The notes under the pieces are model-generated. The model did no database searches. It was not told the origin of the DNA and worked only from the letters and a program-made list of their open reading frames with translations. The position numbers and the translations under genes are program-made. A stretch of DNA of 64,000 nt from a virus, in the IMG/VR virus record IMGVR_UViG_3300020048_003367, positions 1 to 64,000 of that record; one strand, given 5' to 3'. Shown here piece by piece: positions 54,301-63,862 of the stretch (its first letter is position 1; every line of letters starts with the position of its first letter).

Positions 54301-56003
54301 TTGTAGGTGGGATCTGTTTTCTGACGAGGCATACCCGGCGGTTGATTGGGATCCTTGGGATCAATGTCGGTGGTTGTTAGTCCGGTGGCTTCGAGATCCT
54401 TGATGTATTTGTGCTCAGTGTCTTCGTCACCAAAGCTCAGTATGGCACTAGGAGGACCTGCACCAAAGTCATGCTTGCCGAGGCCTTTCATGTTTGAGAT
54501 ATGCTGGCCTAGCTTGTACCAGTCATACACATCACTAACATCAACTTTTACTGTGCCTGCTGGCATTGTAGGCGGAGTCTCTGGACCTAGAGGTTCATTT
54601 AGATCACGATACTGACCTGGCCCTTGACTCAGTTGCGGCATCTTTGCGCCGTCTTTGAACTCACGTAAAGCATTTTTTAGGCTCTTGATCAACAGTGCAG
54701 GCTTGCCTTGTGCATCTGTTTGCAAACCCATTTTGTTGGCTTCTTTACCTGTTTGACCAGGATGCACATCCACACTCAGTGCTGTCTTGAAACGTGGATC
54801 ATTCTTTTCAGCAGAGGTAGGAATATAGCCAGAACTTTCTTCAATCTGGCTCATGTCAAAGTGATCAGGGTGAGCATCAGCCCAGTCACGCATAATCACT
54901 CCTGCCATTGCATTAGCTTGGTTCTCCCACTTGCTACCAGTCTCGCCTGCATTGTCGGGTAATGGACTTAGCTCATTTTGACGGCAGTGTGCTAGTTCAT
55001 GCGCAGTGGTACGTAGTATGTCCAGCAAGTGTCTGTTGATTAAGCACACATGCAGTTCATTGGTATCAGGTTCGTAACGACCAAAGCTGCTGTTCTCTTG
55101 GCTCCAGCCATCATCACGATGCAGGTTCACCCGGGGCACTTTTCGGATATCCAGTTTCTTGGCAGTTTGTGCAATAAAATCACGCACCACGTTTTCAGAG
55201 TCTACTTCACTCAGGAACATCTTGGTTTCGGGACTGACACCATTAGGGCTACTGGACTCGCCAAATCCATAACGCACAGACTTGCGAGGTGTTTCTAATT
55301 CTTTAAGGCTGAGTTCACGATCCTTGGCATTGGCTCTAGCTGTGTACAGTTGCTCAATCAAGCCTTGAGTACGCAACATCTTGAACGCAAGATTCTCAGG
55401 ACCAAATTCACCATGTGCATCAAGTCCAGCTTGACGCATGGTTTTAATCTTGGCAATCAAGCTGCCGATACGGTCAGCATCATCTGCTGCCAGGGCAGAT
55501 TTAATGCGTTCACGCAAATCTTCATACTTGTGACGCACTAGATTCTGATCAATTGCAGCACGTTTTCTGCGTGGTACTTGAATCCACTCGTTGTTCTTGA
55601 TGCTGTACTCGCCTAGACTTACCGGAGTCTCTGCAGCATCTTGTACATATAACTCAACGTCTGCGCCACGAATACGAATGTCATGAGAATCGTTAAATTC
55701 GTATTTCTTGGCATTGAATAACTCTCGGTACACTGGATCGGGAGGTATATCTACTACCAAATGCAAATCGATATCAGAGTGTTTTGTGTATGAATAAGCT
55801 GCGTTCGAGCCAGATATGGTAATATCTTTAACTTTTAGATTGTCTAGTCCTAAAAACTCTTGAAAATATTCGGCTATTTCTAACAGCTTGGCCTGGACTT
55901 CCGGACGCAGATGCTCGTTGGCATCCCACAAACCGGGGTTGAGCCGGTTGTGGAATTTTACTGCGTCAGCAAGGTTGTAAGTTGACAGTTCATTAAAGTT
56001 CAT
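51357..56003 (-). CDS. 1548-aa polyvalent protein: nucleotidyltransferase + HExxH metallopeptidase + amidoligase-like + C-terminal repeats
   Basis: SGS...SDIDLH; AHELAH; GMEFE, DGSL, EFVSP, STGLHINI, IEFRSPG. Confidence 0.8.
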   Translation of the reverse strand: MNFNELSTYNLADAVKFHNRLNPGLWDANEHLRPEVQAKLLEIAEYFQEFLGLDNLKVKDITISGSNAAYSYTKHSDIDLHLVVDIPPDPVYRELFNAKKYEFNDSHDIRIRGADVELYVQDAAETPVSLGEYSIKNNEWIQVPRRKRAAIDQNLVRHKYEDLRERIKSALAADDADRIGSLIAKIKTMRQAGLDAHGEFGPENLAFKMLRTQGLIEQLYTARANAKDRELSLKELETPRKSVRYGFGESSSPNGVSPETKMFLSEVDSENVVRDFIAQTAKKLDIRKVPRVNLHRDDGWSQENSSFGRYEPDTNELHVCLINRHLLDILRTTAHELAHCRQNELSPLPDNAGETGSKWENQANAMAGVIMRDWADAHPDHFDMSQIEESSGYIPTSAEKNDPRFKTALSVDVHPGQTGKEANKMGLQTDAQGKPALLIKSLKNALREFKDGAKMPQLSQGPGQYRDLNEPLGPETPPTMPAGTVKVDVSDVYDWYKLGQHISNMKGLGKHDFGAGPPSAILSFGDEDTEHKYIKDLEATGLTTTDIDPKDPNQPPGMPRQKTDPTYNVNEAFDQPYPFTWEKTAYGDVDALARLPDGGPLNIMFNKQTNDEGDEAVQVEFYRNNSQEVTSEGDATRIFATVLSAIQQYVKEYKPARLTFSASKETDPTIHYEPGEPQPNPESRAKLYDRLVQRYSKAWGYRAYRADSGNLVTYELARMGNVAVTESFQEELAESLRQEFALLETEYLSEIKMTGKNLRAEAARTGAQAGMEFEMIVPDVGVDEQEPDYEADYDQDTRTRSFEDIRSFFHDGDYNTRRDADNLLEEIQNEFQEWQYEQTAESWARDGLEFITDYISLNDLFDRDEAMAQARDEIMDANPDLPQESEDFQQLISARLDEMEREFAASELESQGRIYDDAFEAFSDEQRDEYDERSFLDDKYPRMTDIENGFDISWPYYTDMNADREGADIDQVADEFSSYMGKPVNASRQYHGGRREAGTYVVEPDGSLQGDNPGDEGLEFVSPPMPIDEMISDLNKVKAWADKTGCYTNESTGLHINISVPNYSLEKLDYVKLALLMGDEYVLELFDRSGNTYAKSAISKIKGMLQKNPDVAPQVMSKMREHMEDLATKAIHTGITDKYTSINTKTGYIEFRSPGGDWLDSNFSKIEDTLMRFTVALSAAIDPAAYRQEYLKKLYKLLEGSQEKGGPDILQLFANYSAGELDKAALIRQVREKQLARNFAKGKTPAGQKYWWNVQWDANRRMEVVAGSKEVARQVAAEEWNVPESQLAIAKVTMLRPYEEPEPKPAAAPGTGNWGIWITNADRFVRSPGQLDHSVLRRFPSREAAEQFLSNTRAERSDMRSDIEVREIPADYQALGAPVGRPVQQRNLVPTGPGPWQIYRRSDNTAVRELEHTNRAGAEAEAITVLGLRGEAPELYGVRTRQTASEPIPGSTIDLQRQRQSSADAAQGGIVDVAPGTAPAPQTLTRPGQPQQTFRGTWQILDPQGNEIHRFSGIGNVQSDANRVAMDWLRQHPGAMQGGVTVAPVMEP

Positions 56004-56020
56004 TGAACTGTATTTACCGC

Positions 56021-56923
56021 TTAGGTTGCAGTGTTGGTATTGTCGCTGGCGGCCATAATTTCAGCATTGGGTTCTGCTGCCAACACTTCTGCAGGAACAT
56101 CATGCACTGCTGGAGGTGTGATTTGTGCAGCAGCGGCAGCATTTTGCTGGGCAATTGTATGCAAATCAAGATACAATTTGTCTTGTGTGGCAGCGTCAAA
56201 CACATAGGTACCAGTATGCTTGAGCAACACTCGCTTGTCCACGTACACTTGTCCGCCAATGTCTCGCCAGTTTTCACAGAATGTCCAGTCTTCTGAGTAG
56301 TAGCGACCTTCACGCACTGCGGTGTCGAAGTAGGTTTTCATGTACTTGTTGAGTGCAGGATCAAGACCAATATCATTAGCAAACGGCTTCACAGCAGGAT
56401 GTGCATCTAGCTTTTCAAATACATCACGCTTGATCAACAAAAAGCCTGTGCCAGTCTTGGTAACTTCTACCAAGTTGTCTACACCTTGTTCTTGGCCTGG
56501 GATACCGTTTACACACCACTTGATAGGCATGCTTTTCATAGGGTATAAACCACCAATAACGTCAACCTTGCGGTTCAACAGTACCAGCAGGTGCCACGGC
56601 TCCCAGCCAATGTCAGCGTCAATAAACATCAGGTGTGTAGAACCTTCAGTGTGCAGGAACTTGGCAGTTAGTGTGTTTCTAGCACGGCTAATCAAGCTTT
56701 CGTTGGTCATGGTTTCCACAGTCCATTCAATACCAAGTTGACGAGCCATGTTAGCCCACTTGATATAGCTCATGAATGTTGATTCAGTTAGTTGCCCGCC
56801 ATAGCAGGGCATGCACATATGAACTCGTGTGGTTTTCAAATAGTCCAAGTCAACTTGGATATTCATTTGATTCTGAACGTTAGGATCAGTTGGGGGTGTA
56901 GTTGTAGGTAGGGCGTCTGCCAT
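56021..56923 (-). CDS. GT-A-like glycosyltransferase
   Basis: PCYGG, ESLISRARN, FIDADI, GTGF, SEDW.FC. Confidence 0.75.
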   Translation of the reverse strand: MADALPTTTPPTDPNVQNQMNIQVDLDYLKTTRVHMCMPCYGGQLTESTFMSYIKWANMARQLGIEWTVETMTNESLISRARNTLTAKFLHTEGSTHLMFIDADIGWEPWHLLVLLNRKVDVIGGLYPMKSMPIKWCVNGIPGQEQGVDNLVEVTKTGTGFLLIKRDVFEKLDAHPAVKPFANDIGLDPALNKYMKTYFDTAVREGRYYSEDWTFCENWRDIGGQVYVDKRVLLKHTGTYVFDAATQDKLYLDLHTIAQQNAAAAAQITPPAVHDVPAEVLAAEPNAEIMAASDNTNTAT

Positions 56924-56975
56924 GTGTTCTCCATAAAGATAGTATAAAACTATTTACAAAGTATAACACGGTGGC

Positions 56976-59909
56976 TTAAATTTTGCGACTGCTTTCTTCC
57001 ATATAATCAGGATTTTTTGCCTGTTGTTGAATTTTGAGTTGCATATTATCAACTTTAGCAGTTAATTGTTTTAGCTTGCGATCATGGTCTTTGTCATTTT
57101 TCTCGCTGTGGCCCAAGCCACGCTGCACCCATTTTGCAAAGGCCATGTCCTCGTCGCCGCCAAATTCTGGATAATGTTGCTGTGCAAAGCGTCTAGCTTG
57201 AGTGAGTTCTGGATCAGTAGCCAGATCCACGCGGCTACTTTCATAGGTAGCGGCCCAGCCTTGATTTTCGTCAACTGGTTTGTCTGCTAGTGGGCCACCT
57301 GTTACCCAAGCATCGCAGGTTCTACGACTGGCACATTTGAACTTCAGGAACTTGCAGTAGCCCAAGTCGCCAGCATCAATTACGCCTTCGGCATCTTCGG
57401 GACTGCTACTGTCAATACCTTGTGCAATGCAGTCCAAGGTGTCTTGACGAATGTCAAATGCTGCACAGTTGCCGCACAAGCTGCTTTGTGCTTCTTCCAT
57501 GCTGTCCAGATTCCACTCATCAACTTTTTTCATCCAGAACTTGGTGTTGGGCAAGTCTGGGTTGAGTGGGCCGTATCCGTATTCGTTGATGGCTTTTTGT
57601 CTGTTGTTGAGATTCAGTGTGATATCTTGTGTGGCAGGTGGACACTTCTTGGCAGCTTCTGTCATGCCTTCATCATACTTGGGCATTGGTCGTTGCCCAG
57701 GGCGGCCTTTAACTCCACGCTTCTCTGTGCTTGGTGGTTTTGTTGGAGGAACAATATCACCCTGATTTCTAAATGGCTGCGGAGCCTTCTTAGGATTGCG
57801 GATATGGATAGGAGCCAGTGGTACTACAAAAGGAGCGCCTTCCGCCACACCTTGTTGACCTTCATATATCAAACTATCTATACGTTTATATTTAATATTA
57901 AACGCATTCATTAATAATTCAACTTCTCGTAAACATTGATCTCTAGCACCGCCCACTAGGTAAGCACCGTTAAATCTTTTTAATTGTGCTACACTGGTCC
58001 AGTTTACTGACAGTGGTTCATCATTTAATTCTTCCATGGCTCCTTGAATCAAAGACTGCTGTGTCGTGCGTTTGTTGAATGGAGGAAACTGCAATTCTCT
58101 GCTGTCGTTTTTGTGTTGTTGATATAACTCACGTATGGTAGCAATAATAGTAGACGGTTCTATGCCAGCATCCATCCAGCCACGGAAGTATCCATAGCCC
58201 TTGTCCACTATTTGAAAACGGCTCCAGTTAATAGGATTGGTGTCGGGGTCATTGTCATACCAGTCTGGATCAATGGTATCTTCCCAGTATGTTTGAATCG
58301 CAGCCACAGTATCACCGCTGAGTCCTTGGTCTTCTGCGTTGACAAACATCAGCACTGGGCCTGTTTGTTTATTAACAAAATTAATAATTTGCGGAAACAC
58401 TGCTGACTCGTCGCCGTCATTCATTCCCGAATATTCGGGCTGAACATCCACTACTATGACTGGATGTGCTAGACCTTCATTCAACGAGCCTTCCGCCACA
58501 CCTTTCTCTACGCTTTCTTTAAATTCGTCCTTTGGTGCAGACTTATTCAAATTGTCAATAATAGATTTGTGTGCTTTTATAAATGAATCCTCTCTTCGAG
58601 TCTGAACTTCAGGATCTCTTTTTCTAGCTGACTCGATTGTACTAACAATAGCACGATAAGCATCATTTACAAATTCTTTATTGTTGTTATTTTGAATATA
58701 TTGATTTAATGTATCTTTGACTTGTGTATGTATTTCAGGATTAGAGTCTTTTGAAATTATGTATAAAGTTAATGCTAAGTTTAGATTGGCATATTCGGGA
58801 GTAAAAATATCTTTCGCTCCAGAACGTTGCTGTTGAGCCTGTTGTTGTGGTTGCGATTGTTGTCGAGAACGTCCAGCTTTTGTATACTCATTGAGTTTTT
58901 GTAAAATTGCAGCCGTGTAAGCATCCATAAAAGTGTTTGCTGTGCTTATAGCAGTCTTTGCGCCTCCACGATCTGTAATAGACGGAGGCACTGCATCAGC
59001 GGCACGATAAGCCGAATCGGTAGCATAATCAATTACCTCTAATACATTATAGCCATTGGTGTCCATACAATACGCCAATACAGCTTTGTTTACATTCTGT
59101 GCAATGTAGTCCATTATTCTGCTTTGCTCTCCACCAAATTTAACTGTGAAAAACTTTCCGATTGCAGTTTGTGCTTTTTGAACAGCAATACGGGCCGCAA
59201 CGTCGAACTTAACCTCTTGAGCCTTAGCACCACCAGCTGCACCTGCTACTGCCGCTGCACCCATGCCCTTTAAGAATCCTCTACGGTCTATTTCTGATAA
59301 GGAGCCTTCCGCCACACCTTGCTCACCACCAATAGCAGCGTCTAACAGTTTGACCACTGTAGCAGCTAACTTGGCGTTGCCTTGCGCTTTAGGGTACAAG
59401 CTCATCACAAGAGCTGTTTTGCGGCGGTCGTCTAGACTGGGCCATGCACTACGGATCTGTGTAGCTGACGTCATGCCTGGACCAAACTCCACTGTGGGCA
59501 AGTAGGCCATGTAAGCATGTTTTGCAAATGGTTCTAACTTTTTGGCACCCAGCAAAGGCTGCAAGTAGCTAGGTGAGCCGTCTTTTTTAACACCACCGGG
59601 TAGTGGTTGCGACTTGGCGTCTTTTTCTGAACGAACAAAGATCAAGGTGTCTTGTTCGGGATTGTACTTGCTGGTAATTTCAGCAGCACGAAATGGTGAG
59701 CTTACTTGTACAAAGTGTCCAGCTTCTACACCGGCCAATTTGGCCAGCTTTTCTTTTACAGCAAACGGAAAAGGTCTTGAACTGGTATCATTGGTTGCAG
59801 CAACATACACCTCAGCGTTGGGGAAAGTTCTTTTTGCGCTTTGATAAAGGGCATGGTGCCCTGCGTGGTAGGGATGGAAACCGCCCGGCATGATTACAAT
59901 TGTGGTCAT
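56976..59909 (-). CDS. 977-aa modular protein: HxGH nucleotidyltransferase + helical domain + cysteine-hydrolase-like + Cys-rich domain
   Basis: PGGFHPYHAGH and SATQIR; VIVVDVQP..KGYG..GG...CL; CGNC..C..C..C; GVAEG linkers. Confidence 0.75.
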   Translation of the reverse strand: MTTIVIMPGGFHPYHAGHHALYQSAKRTFPNAEVYVAATNDTSSRPFPFAVKEKLAKLAGVEAGHFVQVSSPFRAAEITSKYNPEQDTLIFVRSEKDAKSQPLPGGVKKDGSPSYLQPLLGAKKLEPFAKHAYMAYLPTVEFGPGMTSATQIRSAWPSLDDRRKTALVMSLYPKAQGNAKLAATVVKLLDAAIGGEQGVAEGSLSEIDRRGFLKGMGAAAVAGAAGGAKAQEVKFDVAARIAVQKAQTAIGKFFTVKFGGEQSRIMDYIAQNVNKAVLAYCMDTNGYNVLEVIDYATDSAYRAADAVPPSITDRGGAKTAISTANTFMDAYTAAILQKLNEYTKAGRSRQQSQPQQQAQQQRSGAKDIFTPEYANLNLALTLYIISKDSNPEIHTQVKDTLNQYIQNNNNKEFVNDAYRAIVSTIESARKRDPEVQTRREDSFIKAHKSIIDNLNKSAPKDEFKESVEKGVAEGSLNEGLAHPVIVVDVQPEYSGMNDGDESAVFPQIINFVNKQTGPVLMFVNAEDQGLSGDTVAAIQTYWEDTIDPDWYDNDPDTNPINWSRFQIVDKGYGYFRGWMDAGIEPSTIIATIRELYQQHKNDSRELQFPPFNKRTTQQSLIQGAMEELNDEPLSVNWTSVAQLKRFNGAYLVGGARDQCLREVELLMNAFNIKYKRIDSLIYEGQQGVAEGAPFVVPLAPIHIRNPKKAPQPFRNQGDIVPPTKPPSTEKRGVKGRPGQRPMPKYDEGMTEAAKKCPPATQDITLNLNNRQKAINEYGYGPLNPDLPNTKFWMKKVDEWNLDSMEEAQSSLCGNCAAFDIRQDTLDCIAQGIDSSSPEDAEGVIDAGDLGYCKFLKFKCASRRTCDAWVTGGPLADKPVDENQGWAATYESSRVDLATDPELTQARRFAQQHYPEFGGDEDMAFAKWVQRGLGHSEKNDKDHDRKLKQLTAKVDNMQLKIQQQAKNPDYMEESSRKI
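57837..59320 (-). repeat. Three identical 17-bp direct repeats encoding GVAEG linkers
   Basis: gccttccgccacacctt at 57837, 58488, 59304. Confidence 0.9.
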
Positions 59910-59925
59910 GCCAGTATTTAGCGAG

Positions 59926-60363
59926 TTATAATCGTTCTAGCAACCAGAGGTACATTGGTGTACCAAAGCTAAAGATTAGGTCACCGTTGCAGCCCGCATG
60001 ATCATGGAACTGATCTATCATGGGCTCTGCATATCCGTTGCTGTCATGATGATATTCAACAATGCTGTTCATTAATGGATCTATACAGATACCATCAAGC
60101 GCAAAGTTATTCAATACCAGCAATACATCACTAACAATAGTTCCTTGTTGGTCGATCACAGTGTGTTCAGATTTTTTACCTGATATTGTTATTTTGATTT
60201 TATGTGTTTGTTCAATTTCGTCATCAAATGGGTGACTAAATGTCAATGGCTTAGTCACGTGATCAACACGGAGTAAACACACATCTTGATACCATACACT
60301 AACTCCAAGGGAGCAAGAGTAATCAGTAGAAGCAATATCAAATGTTAGTAATGCCTGTGACAT
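59926..60363 (-). CDS. Hypothetical protein
   Basis: ORF track; fills gap. Confidence 0.7.
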   Translation of the reverse strand: MSQALLTFDIASTDYSCSLGVSVWYQDVCLLRVDHVTKPLTFSHPFDDEIEQTHKIKITISGKKSEHTVIDQQGTIVSDVLLVLNNFALDGICIDPLMNSIVEYHHDSNGYAEPMIDQFHDHAGCNGDLIFSFGTPMYLWLLERL

Positions 60364-60365
60364 GG

Positions 60366-60731
60366 TTAATATGTGACCGAAACAGTGTTGATTGTGCCAG
60401 TTGTAAATCCCTGGACTCTGGCACGCAGCCAGGTGAAATTGCCGGTAATCGTGGATGTGTAATAAGTGGTAACGGTTGAGTTTAAATCTCCAAACACATC
60501 AACTTCAACCCAGTTGGCCGAATCAGGATCATCATCCAGTGTGGCTTCAATGTGTATTAAGCCTTCAACAGTGTTGAGATTAAACAACACAGTTTGAATA
60601 CCAACTCGCCCGCGATAGTAAGCGGCGGCCTTGACAGGATAGCTGCTCCAGTCCAAACTGGAACCATCATAGGTGCCTGATGGATCACCGTGAACCACAT
60701 TGCTCAACAAGATTTCTGTATTAACAGTCAT
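60366..60731 (-). CDS. Hypothetical beta-rich protein
   Basis: Coupled ORF. Confidence 0.7.
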   Translation of the reverse strand: MTVNTEILLSNVVHGDPSGTYDGSSLDWSSYPVKAAAYYRGRVGIQTVLFNLNTVEGLIHIEATLDDDPDSANWVEVDVFGDLNSTVTTYYTSTITGNFTWLRARVQGFTTGTINTVSVTY

Positions 60732-60898
60732 TACGCTCTCACAACTTCTACCACAATGCCTTGACCCAGGAGCTCTTCGGCTACTGATTGCAGTGCTTCG
60801 CAGATTTCATTTGTAGCAAGATACTGTTCTCCAGTATCTTTTACCTTGACCAACTTGCTCAGTGTGATCACTACTGTTTCTTCGTGTATTTTTGCCAT
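60731..60898 (-). CDS. 55-aa hypothetical protein (not in ORF track)
   Basis: MAKIHEETVVITLSKLVK...GIVVEVVRA*; TATAAATA at 60906-60913. Confidence 0.75.
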   Translation of the reverse strand: MAKIHEETVVITLSKLVKVKDTGEQYLATNEICEALQSVAEELLGQGIVVEVVRA

Positions 60899-60900
60899 AG

Positions 60901-61554
60901 TCAAGTATTTATACGCTGAACAATAGGCACAGTCTTTCTAAAAGGCCTGGGCATGATCAGAGCCAGCATGGTAGCATACACAGGATCGTCATAGTCTACA
61001 TAGTAGTGATCCGGGAACCAGTGCTTGCCGGGCCAGGAGCCTTTCAAAAACTGCTTCATTCCCGGGCTAGGTTTTATAGCAGTGCCTTGTGCGTCAAAGA
61101 ACTCTCGAAGAGCCGGAATCTTGTCTCCAGGAAATTGTTGTGCTTTGAAGTAGCTGCGTAGTTTATGCGTGGGCTCTAGTAACAGCACAGTGTCGCGTGG
61201 CCGATCAATCACAGCTTGCTTGATTCTTGCGTTACATACAAATGCACAGTCCGCAATCAAGTTGTCAGCCAGAGCGGGTGTGTTTGTGTAGATTGTGCCC
61301 CAGCTACCCGACACCATCAGTTTGAACGGTTCTGTGATACTGTTGATGTGGGCCAATGCAGTCTGTAGATTCGGCACAACATCGCCGGAATACCGAGCCT
61401 GGCTCGTCCAGCTCATTCTAATACTAATATAGTCGTTAAACTTTACGCTATCACGAATCCTGAGAGTATGTGCTTCTTTCAAAAAGAAACTAAACGCATA
61501 CTCCCACTTGTCAAAGTACAGCCGATCGCGGCTTTCAGTTTTGAGTGTCAACAA
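60901..61554 (-). CDS. Hypothetical protein
   Basis: Probable TTG start overlapping the clpA end. Confidence 0.65.
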   Translation of the reverse strand: MLTLKTESRDRLYFDKWEYAFSFFLKEAHTLRIRDSVKFNDYISIRMSWTSQARYSGDVVPNLQTALAHINSITEPFKLMVSGSWGTIYTNTPALADNLIADCAFVCNARIKQAVIDRPRDTVLLLEPTHKLRSYFKAQQFPGDKIPALREFFDAQGTAIKPSPGMKQFLKGSWPGKHWFPDHYYVDYDDPVYATMLALIMPRPFRKTVPIVQRINT

Positions 61555-63799
61555 CGATGATCCCTTCTTGATTGACTCCGGGCTGCGCGGTGTGTTCCAC
61601 AGCAAACACAGCAGCATCATTCTCGATATCCACTGTGACTACACAATTGTCAAGACGTTCAAACAAGATCTTCTTTGACAGAGGTACACGGATAATCTCG
61701 TCAATTTTGCGACTCAAGGGGCGAGCACCCATTTTGCTGTCGTAACCTTTATCGGCCAAGTAGTCCACAACTGCTTCAGTAATGTTGAGTCGGATACCTT
61801 TGGGTGTCAAGCTGGTCTTGAGTTGATCTACGAATTTTACCACAATCTTCTTGATGGCCAGAGTATCTAGCTTACCAAACTTTACAATAGCATCAATACG
61901 ATTTCGCAGCTCAGGACGGAAGAACTCTTTCAAAGCACGGTCATCTTCACCTGTTTTCTCTTGTGCTCCAAAGCCAATAGCATTGACTTCGCTATCACGT
62001 GCGCCCAGGTTAGATGTCATGATGATAATGGTGTTCTTGCATGACACTCTCTTGCCGTTGGCGCCGGTAATGTGTCCTTCATCCAGCATTTGCAGCAAGA
62101 TGTTGGTGACATCGGGGTGTGCTTTTTCGATCTCGTCAAACAAGATCACAGCAAACGGATTCTTGCTGATGTCTGAAATCAGTTTGCCGCCGCCCAAGTT
62201 GCCATCTTCAAAGCCCACATAGCCCGGAGGTGCACCAATTAGACTTGATACAGTGTGTTTTTCTTGGAACTCACTCATATCATAGCGCAACATCTTCATT
62301 TCAAGATTGTCTGCTAGTGCCTTGGCCAGTTCAGTTTTGCCTGTACCAGTTGGGCCCAAGAACAAGAAGCTGCTCATGGGCTTGGCTTCGTTGCCAATGC
62401 CTGCAAAACTGATGTACACACGTTCTAACACTGTGTCCACTGCTGAGTCTTGTCCATACAAGCGTTGCTTGACGTTGCTTTCCAGTTCCATGATCTTGAC
62501 ACTGCGTTCGTTTTGCAGTTTGTCCACAGGCACGCCTGCTACACGACTCAGTTGTTCTTCGATCATGCTCTTGGTTATGGTTGTAAGACCTGCATCCTTG
62601 ACACGTTCTCTAGCACATGCTGCATCAATAAGGTCAATACTCTTGTCCGGATTCTTGCGATCATGGATGTATCGGTTTGCAAGTTCAACTGCGGCCAAGA
62701 TAGCTTCGGTGTCAATTAGTACGTTATGAAACTGTTCAAGTCTAGGACTAAGACCAATGAGAATTTGTTCAGTAGTGTTGGCATCTGGCTCGTCAATACT
62801 CAAGCGATAGAAGCGGCGCATAAGAGCCCGATCCTTTTCAAAGCTTTCGTAATACTCTTCCCAGGTAGTGCTTGCTACAACTTTCAAGTGGCCCTTGGTA
62901 ATAGCCGGTTTTAGCATGTTGGCAAAGTCCAAGCTAGATTGTGACCCTGCTCCTGCACCTTTCATGGTATGCGCTTCATCCACAAACAAGATGCAGTTCT
63001 TTTTGCTTTCAAGAGCACCAATCACTTGTTTGAACTTTTCTTCAAACTCACCGCGGTACTTTGATCCAGCCAACAGCGAACCAATCTCCAGGCTCCAGAC
63101 TTCGTGTCCCTTGATAAACTCAGGCACACGCCCGGCAATGATTTCCTGGGCCAGACCATCAATAATAGCAGTCTTGCCCACACCAGGATCGCCTACCATG
63201 AGCACGTTGGCCTTGAAGCGGCGTGCTAGCACAGTGATCATTTCTTGCAGTTCTGTGGCACGACCAATCATGGGCTCCAACTGACCTTTTTGTGCTTGAG
63301 CAGTGATGTTGGTGCAGTACTCGGTAAGAATCTCATCAGCTTGATTTGAAGTCATTCGAACTTCAGCAGCAGGCTGATAATTTTTGTGCCAGAACTCCAC
63401 AAACTCTGACTTCTTCAAGCCATGCTTGAGCATGAAGTATTGTGCATGGCTATTGCTTTCACTCATGATACTAAGAAATACATCAATCACGCTGAGTGTG
63501 CGACGACCTGTAAACATCACTTGCACGTTAGCGCGATTGAATACTCGTTCCAGTGCAGATGTTTTCTTTGGGCTGTCATTGCTGGCACGGGCCAGGCTCA
63601 CCAGGCTCACTATATAAGCCATCAAGTCAATGTCTAATTGTTCTACATCCATACCATATTTGGCCAAGCATTTTCTAAAAGGCACATGCCGTACCATGGC
63701 CAAGGTCAAGTGCTCGGTTGTTACGTATTCGTGTCCAAGTTCACGTGCCAGTTGCACAGATTGATCAACGATGTTTTCGATTTCAGCTGAGGGATTCAT
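61535..63799 (-). CDS. clpA: ClpA-like AAA+ chaperone
   Basis: Clp-N domain, GDPGVGKT, FVDEAH, GPTGTGKT, IGAPPGYVG, FDEIEKAH, IGF loop, GARPL. Confidence 0.93.
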   Translation of the reverse strand: MNPSAEIENIVDQSVQLARELGHEYVTTEHLTLAMVRHVPFRKCLAKYGMDVEQLDIDLMAYIVSLVSLARASNDSPKKTSALERVFNRANVQVMFTGRRTLSVIDVFLSIMSESNSHAQYFMLKHGLKKSEFVEFWHKNYQPAAEVRMTSNQADEILTEYCTNITAQAQKGQLEPMIGRATELQEMITVLARRFKANVLMVGDPGVGKTAIIDGLAQEIIAGRVPEFIKGHEVWSLEIGSLLAGSKYRGEFEEKFKQVIGALESKKNCILFVDEAHTMKGAGAGSQSSLDFANMLKPAITKGHLKVVASTTWEEYYESFEKDRALMRRFYRLSIDEPDANTTEQILIGLSPRLEQFHNVLIDTEAILAAVELANRYIHDRKNPDKSIDLIDAACARERVKDAGLTTITKSMIEEQLSRVAGVPVDKLQNERSVKIMELESNVKQRLYGQDSAVDTVLERVYISFAGIGNEAKPMSSFLFLGPTGTGKTELAKALADNLEMKMLRYDMSEFQEKHTVSSLIGAPPGYVGFEDGNLGGGKLISDISKNPFAVILFDEIEKAHPDVTNILLQMLDEGHITGANGKRVSCKNTIIIMTSNLGARDSEVNAIGFGAQEKTGEDDRALKEFFRPELRNRIDAIVKFGKLDTLAIKKIVVKFVDQLKTSLTPKGIRLNITEAVVDYLADKGYDSKMGARPLSRKIDEIIRVPLSKKILFERLDNCVVTVDIENDAAVFAVEHTAQPGVNQEGIIVVDTQN

Positions 63800-63862
63800 A
63801 GAGCTCCTTGATTAGATTGTTTATTATACAACATGTAGAATTGTTTCACAAGTGGTTTTGGT

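Noticed and set aside
56976-59909. NAD+ reconstitution (NMNAT plus nicotinamidase) call
   Set aside because: HxGH and cysteine-hydrolase-like motifs are too generic to assign substrates by eye.
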